This document shows positions 1 through 10,123 of a stretch of DNA of 12,699 bases, piece by piece. The notes below the pieces were generated by a model. It was not told the DNA's origin. It made no database searches and saw only the letters and a program-made list of their open reading frames with translations. Every line of letters starts with the position of its first letter. Within the stretch, counting starts at the first letter, position 1. This stretch comes from Zygophlyctis sp. KS116 (taxonomy: Eukaryota; Fungi; Chytridiomycota). The DNA lies in the NCBI GenBank assembly GCA_054661495.1, contig BAAFSQ010000287.1:1-12699 (forward strand), in the 5' to 3' direction. Both the position numbers and the translations under genes were made by a program.

Positions 1-345
1 ATCATACCTTCTATCATTTCATCTATAATTTCAGCGTTAATATCTAAAGGAACTGTGGGTGCATAAGCAATTTCTTCCTCTCCATGATTACAGTTAATAT
101 TATCCGGTAGATGGGAGTTTGGAATACCGTTGTCTTGAAAATATTATATGGAGAAATCATACCTTCTATCATTTCATCTATAATTTCAGCGTTAATATCT
201 AAAGGAACTGTGGGTGCATAAGCAATTTCTTCTTGATGATGGCCACATAGAATATTATCATTTATAAGGGGGGTTTGTACATCATTAACTTAGAATTTTA
301 TATTGAAAATATCATACCTGTAATATCTTCAACAATAGTTGCAGC
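1..345. repeat. Tandem exon+intron repeat, 155-nt period (126-nt exon + 29-nt intron)
   Basis: 1-77 is identical to 156-232. A third, diverged copy starts at 311 (atcatacctgtaatatcttc). Minus-strand donors G|GTATGAT sit at 7, 162 and 317. The repeated peptide is EEIAYAPTVPLDINAEIIDEMIE. Confidence 0.95.
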
Positions 346-2317
346 TTTAGTTAGAGTTTCTTTGGTAGGAGCGGGAATAATTACTGATTCTGAATCGGAA
401 TCTATTGAGTCAATAGAATTAATAGATATAGCATCTGACTCTAAGTAATCTTGATCTAATGCAAACGGTTCGGAAAAAGGAGAAATTGACTGACTTGAGG
501 GGCTCGATTTTAAATTATCGCCTTTTCGTTAATGAAGATAAATACAATTTATAAATGCAACATTCTTATCTCCAACTATATTGAAACCTATTTCAAGCAA
601 TTCACTGTCCTGATTTTCTGAATTCATTTGCTGTCGCAAATCCCCTTGTGGCTGAGTCTCCGGTTCGAAGCATAGATTGTGCTCCATCCCACTAAAAGTT
701 TCTATTTCAGAATCTTTTAATGAATTGATATATTTTTTTTGTGTTATAGAATTAAACAACATCGATCTGGCTTCGGGGGATAGTTCTAAAGGATCAATTG
801 ATTTAACGCGCGGATCATCCATTGAATCAATATTATCCTATTTATCAGAATAATTAGAAAACATACAGGTAATTGAGTAACATCCAAAGTACAAGGAGGA
901 GGAGAATCAGCAAACATTTCGGAAGTAACGTTCCCTCTTGAAGAACTACATGACTGAACATCAAAAGCTTGAGTCATCATTTCATTCTGTCTTCGCATCT
1001 GTGAATAAGGAGATAATACTTCCAAAAATTCATGGTCGTTATTATCCAGCTCGTAATTTGATGATGATGGAAGCTCCATTTGTTGTGTCATGAATTGAAT
1101 TTTTAAGTCTGCTACCAAGCATTCGGAGTCTTGAATTGAAGGAGAAACTAATAGTTAGCCAATAAAGTCATTAAAATACTCATAGAATCTTTCTTTTCGC
1201 TTGGTTTAAAAGTTCCAAATTCTTGTCCGTTCATCATAAACTGATTATCCCGATAGATTTCATAGTTTGGATATGATGCTTGAGAAGCAAATTCTTAATT
1301 TTAAAATATTGGGCCAAATACCTATATCTAGGTCGGAAAAAATACTATCAGTCCTAGAAGGAGAAACTCTAGTGCTAGCATCTCCTTGGACGGTTCTCTG
1401 AGATATCAGATCGGAAGCTTCTTTCGAACACGACTTACTCTTATTTTCAGTTTCAGGATTTTCGTGATCAGACAATGAGGCAATAGAGTCAGACAGTAAT
1501 TCAAATCCTAGATTATTTTCCGAGTCCGAAACCAGCGTCTCTTCTTCATTTTGATCTTTAGACTGATAATTAAAATTAATAAAATACAGATTTTAAAGAT
1601 AACTGTAATTGTCGGGGTAAATGTCTTTTTAAAGGTAAAAGTCCTTCTAATAATGATCGCTGATTTACAGAGGGAAAGAAATCTTTGTATGATAATTGAA
1701 GACCCTCCCATTCTTTTCTTTCCAATTCCTCAATTAAAAGCTCCATATTTTCTAATATGTATTAATAAAATAAAGTACCTGGGGCATCTTCTTGACTTTT
1801 AAGATCACAGAGATTCTTCCAAACTTCATTTGAGCTCGAACTAATGATATTATTAATTGGGATTGGATCGCCAAACACTAAATTACATAAATTCAATATA
1901 AATACCTGAACTCCCAACCGAGCCAATTAACGACATATCATTAATCAACAAATTAAACACGGATTCACTATTAGATTTCTGAAACTTCCAGTCAAGAAGA
2001 GTCAAGATTGCTCCTCTCAGAGACGTAGGCTTCACTCCATTTGCTAAAAATCTGAAATTAAATTGAACTAATTTACTTTTCGACGCATGCTTGAGTTAGA
2101 ACGGCTTCGATTGCACAATGCTTATCAGATATCCAAGCGCTCCAATGAGCGGTAGGATCATCATTTGTAGAAAAACTCATAAACTAAACATTATCTTATA
2201 TTTCTTTACAGAGATTATTTGCACTCTTCTAGCCAAAGAATTCCAAACAAATGATTCTTTAGATGAAACAACCAATTCCAAATCTTTCACTATCCATTTC
2301 CTTAATGCATCAGCCAT
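1..2317 (-). CDS. Putative TPP1/Est3/Tpz1-like telomere protein: N-terminal OB-fold followed by a long acidic, S/T-Q-rich region with duplicated exons; runs off the left edge (>669 aa)
   Basis: ATG at 2317. The frame is continuous after removing GT-AG introns 2209-2184, 2076-2052, 1905-1878, 1778-1752, 1587-1563, 1321-1294, 1179-1148, 866-838, 545-522, 317-289 and 162-134; another donor lies at 7. This joins ORF-track pieces 1260-1475, 786-1118 and 529-822. Spliced N-terminus: MADALRKWIVKDL...RRVQIISF...SAWISDKHCAIEAVLTQACVEKF...SLRGAILTLLDWKF...FNLLINDMSLIGSVGSSVFGDPIPI. It resembles the TPP1/Est3 OB-fold pattern (L-x-x-WI, VQI, ISD-x-H-x-I-x-A, L-x-G-x-x-x-x-L-x-D, FG-x-P). The gene structure is solid; the family call is by eye. 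Confidence 0.7.
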
Positions 2318-4806
2318 TTTTCCTGTTGACACTATAATCACCTAAGATCTGACATGATAGGCGTTGGGCTGTCCAAATATGCACTAGGTAATAACAGGCA
2401 TAAGGGTGCTGCCAGCCTATGAGAAAGCTAATCCATCCAAAAATATATGAAAGAAAATGTTGCCACCTTCTTCCCCTTGCAAATAATACGTACTTCTGCG
2501 GACCATCATCATAAAAAACAGAAGCGTATAATAGTCCAAGAAGATGGTTTTGCATAGAATAAGAATTCTCCCAGCCCGCATGTTTGATCCAAACCAGCAC
2601 ATTCATAATGATGAATGGAAGACAGGCAATTAGTAGTGATAACTGAGGTTGATCGCGCTTTGAAAGGAAATATTTGTACATTGCAAGTAAGCAAATCAAT
2701 TCAAACGGTAGTCCAAGCAAGGGTATTCCTATTAAAGCAATTAAAAGCACGAGCTTGAAAGATATGATGAAACTGGGAAGCTTTAATTTTGAATGGATCC
2801 TAGATGTGAGATTAAGAGTCCAGAGAATAAGATTGAAAACAGATCTACATGATTCATATACCACCAAAACTAGACAGAACCGATAAACAGACGCTTTTCC
2901 TATTAAGATACTGGCAAAAAATTGATTTTGGAAAAAGGACAGGAAAAGAAATATTAGTCCAATTATAGAATAAGGAAATAAGCCAAATGTAACAAATTCC
3001 AAATTTCTTGATTTATAACCTTACAAATGATATGTTAGTAAATACCTTGAATCTTATTTTCTAATTTTGTGGAGATAAACCAAAATCCATACGCAATTAA
3101 CGTACCTATCCAAAACCCGGGATACATTAAAATTAGATTTCCAAGAGTTGCTGTACTATAGATATCAAGGCTAATTGTAAACTTCCCTCTGCTTTCATTC
3201 CAAAGGAAGACTTGAGCATTTTGATTATTCTCTGAAAAGGTAAGAACGGTTTCAGAGACATTATATATGTATATGATTTGTTCCCCATTTACCTGCGCAC
3301 CTATAGGATCCCAAAGACCTTCAATTTCGACTAAATATATTAATCTTAGAAAGTTACCGTTTTTAATAGACATTCGATACACAAAGAGCGGATCGCGTAC
3401 ATTTAAAGCCACTTTTGTTCGAGTACATGAATGGCTCACCAATTTAGATCTTCCAAAAATAATATCTGCAGAGCTTAACATATCAATAAATACCTAGAAA
3501 TCCGAATGACACGGTCTCATCACAATTTTTAGCTATACTTATAATGATATCTGTACCAATGTTTTCGGAAGAAATGCCTATCGTCACATTAATCAATTCA
3601 GGGATTTGAGTTAGAGTCAATTCTGAAAACCGTCCGAATCTGCGAGTATCAGTTCTACCTATTTTATCTGATTCAACTGGAATTTTGCTAGATTCAAAGC
3701 CAACTATTTCAAGGCAAGTTTTCAATCTGCATCCAAAAACTTGTATTTTATAATCTTGTTTTGAAAAAATCTGAAATATGTGCCTTGATGGATCAACCAT
3801 CCAAGTATAATACTTCAAATCTCTTTCAGCAAAAATTCTTCGTTGATCATTTATCACACTTCCTTTAAAACTTTCAAAATTTGAAGGAATCAATCTCAGG
3901 TCATGACTAAACATTGTCCCAAAATATTCCATGACCAAATCTGATTGATTCCCATGAATTTGCGGATATTCAAACAATAAAAAATCAGCTAATTTGATAA
4001 TTAGCTGATTACACCAGAGAAGCATTCTATGATCTGCACCAGACCAAACATCAACCATTCCAGTAGTATACATATTTAGAGAATCTAAAACCTTTGTCAA
4101 ATCTGAAGATATAAGCGTATCCAAAACTCCCCCAGAGATTGATATTAACGTACCAGCAGACATTGTTTGATGCCATTCAGAATTTAATCTTGAAAACAAG
4201 GATAAAAGTTGTCTAGAAATTGAAAACGGAGGCATTTTATGCGGCGTTGCTATTGAAATCAATGTCCATGATTTCTGATCATTTAGTTTAATGAGAGCAT
4301 CTTTGACTACAATCCCACCCATTGAATGAGCAACAATTGGAAAATGATCAATATTTGGATACTTTTGCAGTAAATTTCTAATTACAGACTCTACAAATAC
4401 AGACTGTTTTATAATTGCATTATAATCAAAAGCTGACAATTGTTCATCTAAATCCACTAAAATTAAAACCATTTAAATACCAGTGAATAGATCATAATGA
4501 AAACCACCAACTTTCTGCCCACGCCGATGCAGTTCCGACCCAAGGGATCTAGCCTGCTTATAACTACCGGCATTCCCAGGAATAAATAAAAGTGGCAGAC
4601 TTTCCCCCTGCATATAAATATAAACTACTTACATTAGGGAATCTACCGTCAGTTTCACGATATAGCCAGAGCTTATAACGACCTTGCGTGTCCTGAAGGG
4701 AGTATGATGGGTACATAAAGGTCATTCTACACTGTTGCGGCTCTTTGGGATGCAGTCGGACATAGAGACTAAAACAAAGGACAAGTAAGATACCAAAGTC
4801 TTTCAT
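2310..4806 (-). CDS. BST1: GPI inositol-deacylase (PGAP1/Bst1), ~788 aa
   Basis: Motifs CRMTFMYPSY, LLFIPGNAGSYKQARS, FTVDLDEQLSAF, lipase-type IVAHSMGG, IATPH, ISISGG and VWSGADH..LLWCNQL, followed by a multi-TM C-terminus. Introns 4632-4608, 4480-4457, 3493-3466, 3357-3331 (in-frame, probable) and 3045-3020. Stop TGA at 2312-2310. Confidence 0.93.
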
Positions 4807-4821
4807 TGCCTTCCCCCTATC
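4807..4821. promoter_or_regulatory. 15-nt spacer between the divergent ATGs of BST1 and AP-3 beta (putative bidirectional initiation region)
   Basis: cat-tgccttccccctatc-atg. A C-rich run in otherwise AT-rich DNA; function is inferred from position only. Confidence 0.4.
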
Positions 4822-7145
4822 ATGGAAAACATTCTGTTTGGAGGATTAAATGAGGCTAGAAAATGGACTGTTGGTATGATTAGAGACTCACCGTTTGACT
4901 GGAATGTATTGTCTGGAACTAACTATCTTGAAATGTCTATATCATATTTGCTAAATGATTTACGACTGCTATTGGACTCAAAGTTTGAAAAGGAAAAGAT
5001 TGATGGGCTGAAACGATTATTAGCACTTTTAATACGAGGACGATCTGTGATTGAATACTTTCCAATTGTGATCAAGAATGTCGCAAATCCCAGTTTTCAA
5101 CTAAGGTATCTTTTTATATCCCGTAATGTCAGGAAATATGTGTATATAATATTATTGAAATATGCACATCAAGAGTCAGATATGGCTCTATTGGCAATTA
5201 ATACTTTACAAAAAGATATGAGTGATCAGAATGCGTTTATACGGGCTACCGCTTTGAATGTGATGTCAATGATTAGGATTCCAGAACTTGCTCCTCTATG
5301 TAAGGATATTAATTAACATTTGTAGTATTACTAAGCATAAATAGGGCTCTAAGTGATCTATCCCCAATTGTAAGACGCTCTTGTGCCTTTGCACTGATTG
5401 AATGTTTTTTGTACTTTTTATGTCTAAAAGTTTTTATAGAATGAACCAAAAGTTAGTAGATAGCTTATTAGAGCCTTTAAAGATTCTTTTATGTGATGTA
5501 TCAAGTTATGTGATTGGGCCTGCAGTTGCTGCGTTTAATGTGATATGTCCAGACAGTTTTGAATTCATTCATACGCAATATTTTAGACTTTGCTCATTAT
5601 TGTCAGATGTGGATGAGGAATCTCAAGTGGAAATATTAAAGTGCCTTCTTAGATATGGGCGGACGCAATTTGTTGAGTCGCGTAATAAAACTGAAACTGA
5701 ATTACATTCGGATCATCAGTTACTTTTAGAAAAGACTCAAAATTTGTTATGTAGCAGTAACGCGAGTGTAAGTATTGATGAACTCATAATTCAGACGGTG
5801 TGCGCGAGCTGTTCTCTGCTTTATCATTTGGCGCCGAAATATTTCTTAGAATCAGTCACAAAGGCATTGGTAAGGATATTTATAGTTTCGAACCCTGAAT
5901 TTGCTCTACAAATTCTAAGTCATTTGCTTATTCTGGTTAAAGAGGTTCCGCAGTATGTAGAGCCTTTCTTTCATCTCTTTTATTTATTTGAGGGAGATTC
6001 AACAGAGGTCGCTTGCATGAAATTATCCATTCTTGGTTTTATTTTGCCAAAATATGATCAGATAATTCAAGAATTTCAACTGTATTTACAGGGGGATTCC
6101 ACCAACAATATTTTACATATTATCTCGGTAAAAGTATAAATGTAACAAAAAGATTTATGGTCAAATGTCAATTAGACGCTCTGATTTCGCATGGAAAATA
6201 TTAAAACAGTTATGCAAACTATTAGACAATCCTAGCGGTAATTATTTTCCTATATTTGATCTAATACAAAGACAAGGTTGCTAATGGTGCAATCGTATCA
6301 ATTCAAGTAGTTTTGAGTAAAAATCCAGACTGGCTGCCAAAAATAATTCCTGTTCTGATTAATTCACTTCCGAGATTAGAAAACACAGGCAAACAGTCTG
6401 TTTATTGGCTATGTGGAGAATATTCGTGTAAATATGCAAATGATTTTCATTGGACCGCTGATCTGGTACGTTTAGCAGCATTGGCTTTTTCCAAAGAGTC
6501 TTACCTTGTAAAACTCCAAATAATGACTTTGGCTGTTCAAATTTACGCATCCACCACGCAAGAAAAGCAAATAATATGGATTTTGTTGGACTATATACTT
6601 TCAATGGCAAAGTTTGATAAAAATATTGATGTTCGAGATCGATCAAGATTTTTTCGCAAGATATTTGACATGGAAATCATTGATTTAAAAAAGCTTCTTT
6701 TTGTGGACACTTTAGCTTGTGGCAGTGAAATCAATGTAGAAAAAAAGACATATGTTTTCGGGACTTTATCTTGTTACAGAGCCTGCAAATTAAAAGGATA
6801 TCACCCTTTGCCTCAATTCCCTCTAAAAAACCTCGCAACATACAGAGGTCAAACTGTAATTTCAACCATTATAATGAAAAGGGTAGCAAAATCGTATCAA
6901 AAGGCGTTAGCGAATATACAAGAACTACGACAGCTCCCCACTCAACCTTGAAAAATATCGAGTCTCTTGAAGACTTTTTAAGTTCCAATGACAGCTATGA
7001 TTCAGAAAGCGAGGAAAATTTGGACTCAAAAAGCATCAACATGGATCAAGACTTTTTACGAAATAATGATGACAGTAACACAGATCCGGCTACAACTATA
7101 CCTCCTACAATTCCCAATCCTACCAATCCCTCTATTATTAAATAA
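4822..7145 (+). CDS. APL6: AP-3 adaptor complex beta subunit (Apl6/AP3B), ~709 aa; trunk plus acidic hinge, no obvious ear domain
   Basis: Motifs LLDSKFEKEKIDGLKRLLAL, FPIVIKNVA..LRKYVYIILLKYA, ALLAINTLQKDMSDQNAFIRATALNVMSMIR, DLSPIVRR, LRYGRTQF, AKFDKNIDVRDRSRF, GYHPLPQFP and SLEDFL+acidic tract. Introns 5106-5132, 5300-5325, 5411-5439, 5768-5794, 6128-6152, 6238-6271 and 6856-6881. The spliced length of 2130 nt is a multiple of 3. Confidence 0.92.
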
Positions 7146-7608
7146 GGCAAAATACCTCTTTGAACACTTTCATTAATCAGTGTACGAAGGGAGATTGCTT
7201 GTGGATTTTGACCTTCAACATTTAGTAATGCATCATTGAATTTTCTCGCTTCCTAATAACTTTGAGATGAAATAATTACTCTATACTTTCCCAACTTAAA
7301 ATTCCCAAGAGCCAAATAATAGAGACATTCCCGCCTTCTGGACGGAGATTCCGAATAGATCTCCTGCAATAATGCGACCCCATGCTCTTGATCTTTTTTA
7401 TTAGCACTTCGCACTATGCTAAGATCAAAAACTATTACCGAGTCCCCAACCAAAGTTGAATTTCAATTGTAGACTTGGATGCGGAAGTTCTGCTTCAAAC
7501 TCTTCTCTCAGTAACTGTAAAGTAAAAACTTTGATTCATTACAGATATTTCATAATCAGACAATGCTACAGTCGCTTCAACAGCATACGGAAGATCGTCG
7601 CCTGCCAT
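7046..7608 (-). CDS. FIS1: Mitochondrial fission 1 protein (TPR domain + C-terminal tail anchor), 152 aa
   Basis: ATG at 7608; introns 7542-7515, 7438-7414, 7279-7253 and 7155-7132. Spliced product: MAGDDLPYA...[12 protein letters not shown]...GVALLQEIY...[80 protein letters not shown]. Stop TGA at 7048-7046. Confidence 0.95.
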
Positions 7609-7616
7609 TCTTTCGC

Positions 7617-8694
7617 CTAAACTTTGCCAACTGGCCCAATAGTAAACTTGCAAAGCCGAGCCAAAAGTCCGGAAAGTTGTAAAAGCGTAGAGCATCCTTC
7701 AAGTAGCTTCATATGAGTAGTCCCTATTTCCTGTAAATAATTTTAGTATAAAAGACTTACTTTTATAAATTCAAGTTTTAGAAATTCTGCCATATCAAAG
7801 GTTTTTGTAACCTTGAAAAGCGTTCCTATAATATCCAGAGCAGAAAATCCTTGACTCCAAAGACCATTAAGTATTAAAATAGCTTTATCTGCATCACCCT
7901 TGATACAAGATTGAATAATCTCATTAATCTTGTGAGGATGTGGCATATCACAGACTAATAATTTTGTTAAATCTTATTACCTTTAAAAACATTATCTCGA
8001 TTTATAAATCCAAAACCAGAATGTGTAGACTGAAGATTATTTATTGCCTGACGCATATCCCCTAATATTAATTAACTTTGACCAACCTTCACTAGTAAAA
8101 ACCACTGCTTCTAGCCCATCTGGTGTATACTTTACATTTTCTTCTACACAAATTTCAACTAATCTCTCTAAAACCTGAGAATTATTCAATGGAATAAATC
8201 TAAGAATAGCACATCTAGACTGAATTGGTTCAATTATTTTTGATGACATATTACATGCCAAGGCAAATCGTGTAGTTGCAGAGTAAATTTCCATTGTTCT
8301 ACGAAGAGCCTGTTGAGCCCCAGAAGTCATACTATCAGCCTCATCCAATATAATTATTTTGTGTCTATTAGCAGGCAAAGTAACTTTTTTCTGTGCAAAC
8401 ATCTTTATTCGATTCCTTACGACTTCAATTCCTCTAAATATTAAAAAGATGAGCTTACCGATCATCAGAGGCATTCAATTCTAAAACCGCTTCCTTGTAA
8501 TGCTCTCCCAAGAGTTCATGCGCCAAACAAAGAATCGACGTTGTTTTCCCAATCCCAGGCGGCCCACTCAGTATCAAATTGGGCACATTACCTTGCTTTG
8601 CAATCACCTGCAATCTTGAAAGAGTTTCTTCATGGCCAACCATATCCTTTAAAAGAGCAGGACGATACTTTTCAACCCATGGAAGTCCAGCCAT
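7617..8694 (-). CDS. RFC4: Replication factor C small subunit (yeast Rfc4 / human RFC2 type), 323 aa
   Basis: Motifs PWVEKYRP, Walker [35 protein letters not shown], Walker [24 protein letters not shown] and EFIKEIG. Introns 8458-8434, 8086-8062, 7980-7955 and 7760-7731. Stop TAG at 7619-7617. Confidence 0.96.
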
Positions 8695-8713
8695 TTCTAA
8701 TTTTTCAAACAAA
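8695..8713. promoter_or_regulatory. 19-nt spacer between the divergent ATGs of RFC4 and the Nudix gene
   Basis: cat-ttctaatttttcaaacaaa-atg. Function is inferred from position only. Confidence 0.4.
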
Positions 8714-9325
8714 ATGATTGCCAAAATACAAAAACTATTGACAAATTCAAATCCAATAATTCAGACAACTAATGCAAAAGAAGCCTCTGTTCTCTTAACA
8801 TTAGTGACTGTTAAAGATACGCTCTCACTCTTGTATACTCTACGCTCTCCTGCTCTACAACGAAACTCTGGACAAGTCAGTTTTCCAGGAGGAATGAAGG
8901 ATCCTCAAGATAAGGACTATGAGGCTACTGCTCAAAGAGAAACAAGGGAAGAGATTGGAATCTCAAATGTTTTAATTCTAGGAAGACTAGCACCAGTTCT
9001 AGATAGGACATTAACAATTAGAGTTCATCCTATTGTTGGATATGTGCATGGTAGCATTATTCCTAAAGATCTAAAATGTAATCCAGCAGAAGTTTCAAGT
9101 GTATTTTCTGTTGGACTAGAGGATTTAATCTCAAAGAGGAATTGTGCCATTCAGACATTTAATTCACCTTTTAAAATGTCTATTCCTTCTTGGGACATTA
9201 AAGCAGATGAATTTGGAATTGGGTCAGTCTCTATTCAAGATTCTAATTTTAAAATATGGGGACTGACAGCATATATTACTGATCAATTTTTAAGACTTTT
9301 GGATCCAAAAACCCTTAAATTGTAA
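8714..9325 (+). CDS. Nudix hydrolase, CoA pyrophosphatase family (NUDT8/NUDT7/Pcd1-like), 203 aa, apparently intronless
   Basis: NuCoA motif LLYTLRS...GQVSFPGG followed by the Nudix box [23 protein letters not shown], then NPAEVSSVF and KIWGLTA. First ATG at 8714, preceded by AAA. Confidence 0.92.
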   Translation: MIAKIQKLLTNSNPIIQTTNAKEASVLLTLVTVKDTLSLLYTLRSPALQRNSGQVSFPGGMKDPQDKDYEATAQRETREEIGISNVLILGRLAPVLDRTLTIRVHPIVGYVHGSIIPKDLKCNPAEVSSVFSVGLEDLISKRNCAIQTFNSPFKMSIPSWDIKADEFGIGSVSIQDSNFKIWGLTAYITDQFLRLLDPKTLKL

Positions 9326-9331
9326 AGTAAA

Positions 9332-10122
9332 ATGGCTAGAAACAGAGAGAAAGCACAGTCTATGCTCTATCGGTTTAGAGAAATTCAACTTAAAGAAGCA
9401 GGTCTGCCAACTGTTTCTAGTCGTCCAAGAGAGGCAACAACAGTAATGAGTGTTCGTGCTTGTGAAAGATATCGAGCAAATGTTATAAAGGAACTAGACT
9501 CTAAAATATCTAGAATACAAGATTGTAATTTTTGTTGAGATAATGTAAAGCATCTTTACAAGAGACTGCAATCAGAGATTTGAATGATGAAATTAATAAA
9601 TTATTAAAGGAAAAGGGACATTGGGAATGGCAGATTAAGGAATTAGGAGGAAATATTGCTGATGTATGAATATTATTTAATTTTAGGATATATCTCTTGA
9701 TCTTTCAAATGGAAAGGAAGCTCCTGGAACTACAAAGGGATACAAGTAGATTTTATAATCTAAATTTTAGATATTTTGGAAGAGCTAAAGAATTGCCTGG
9801 GGTGAAAGAGTTGTTTGAACAGCATGAAGAAGAGAAGAAGGATTATATTAGCAAATTAGAATTGGCATCTAGAATAGATCCAGATTATTTTGGATATAGA
9901 GATGAAGAAGATGGGAGACTATTGTCTTATGAAAAGAGTCGTGAAATGATTGGTAAAAAAGATTCATTAATATTAGCATTGCAAAATTTGGGACTTGATA
10001 GTGTACCAAACTTGGCTGTAAAAGATTATCCAATGAAAAACATTCCTTCTCTGTCAGAGGTTGAAGCCATGGTTGTGGCAGAAAAAGCTGCGTTCCTAAG
10101 AAAAAAGTACAATTTAGTCTAA
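9332..10122 (+). CDS. ISY1: Pre-mRNA splicing factor Isy1 (Prp19/NTC complex), ~230 aa
   Basis: Motifs [59 protein letters not shown] and [10 protein letters not shown]. Introns 9525-9550, 9664-9686, 9746-9770 and 9953-9976 (in-frame, probable). Confidence 0.95.
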
Positions 10123-10123
10123 A

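Noticed and set aside
1-232. CRISPR-like or mobile-element repeat
   Set aside because: The repeat coincides exactly with exon/intron units of a eukaryotic CDS; there are no spacers, cas genes or transposase.
1508-3497. ORF-track entries 1508-1711, 1551-1802, 2118-2345, 2417-2602, 2509-2694, 2674-2886 and 3267-3497
   Set aside because: They are alternative-frame or antisense shadows of the TPP1-like and BST1 genes and have no recognisable motifs.
6882-7145. Lack of an ear domain in AP-3 beta as a novelty
   Set aside because: Short, ear-reduced AP-3 beta subunits are usual in fungi; only the antisense overlap is notable.
9314-9325. Nudix C-terminal LKL as a peroxisomal PTS1 signal
   Set aside because: It does not fit the [SAC]-[KRH]-[LM] consensus at the first position.
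10106-10116. GT...AG (gtacaatttag) near the ISY1 stop, as an intron fusing ISY1 to UBP8
   Set aside because: At 11 nt it is far below the 23-nt minimum seen in this window.
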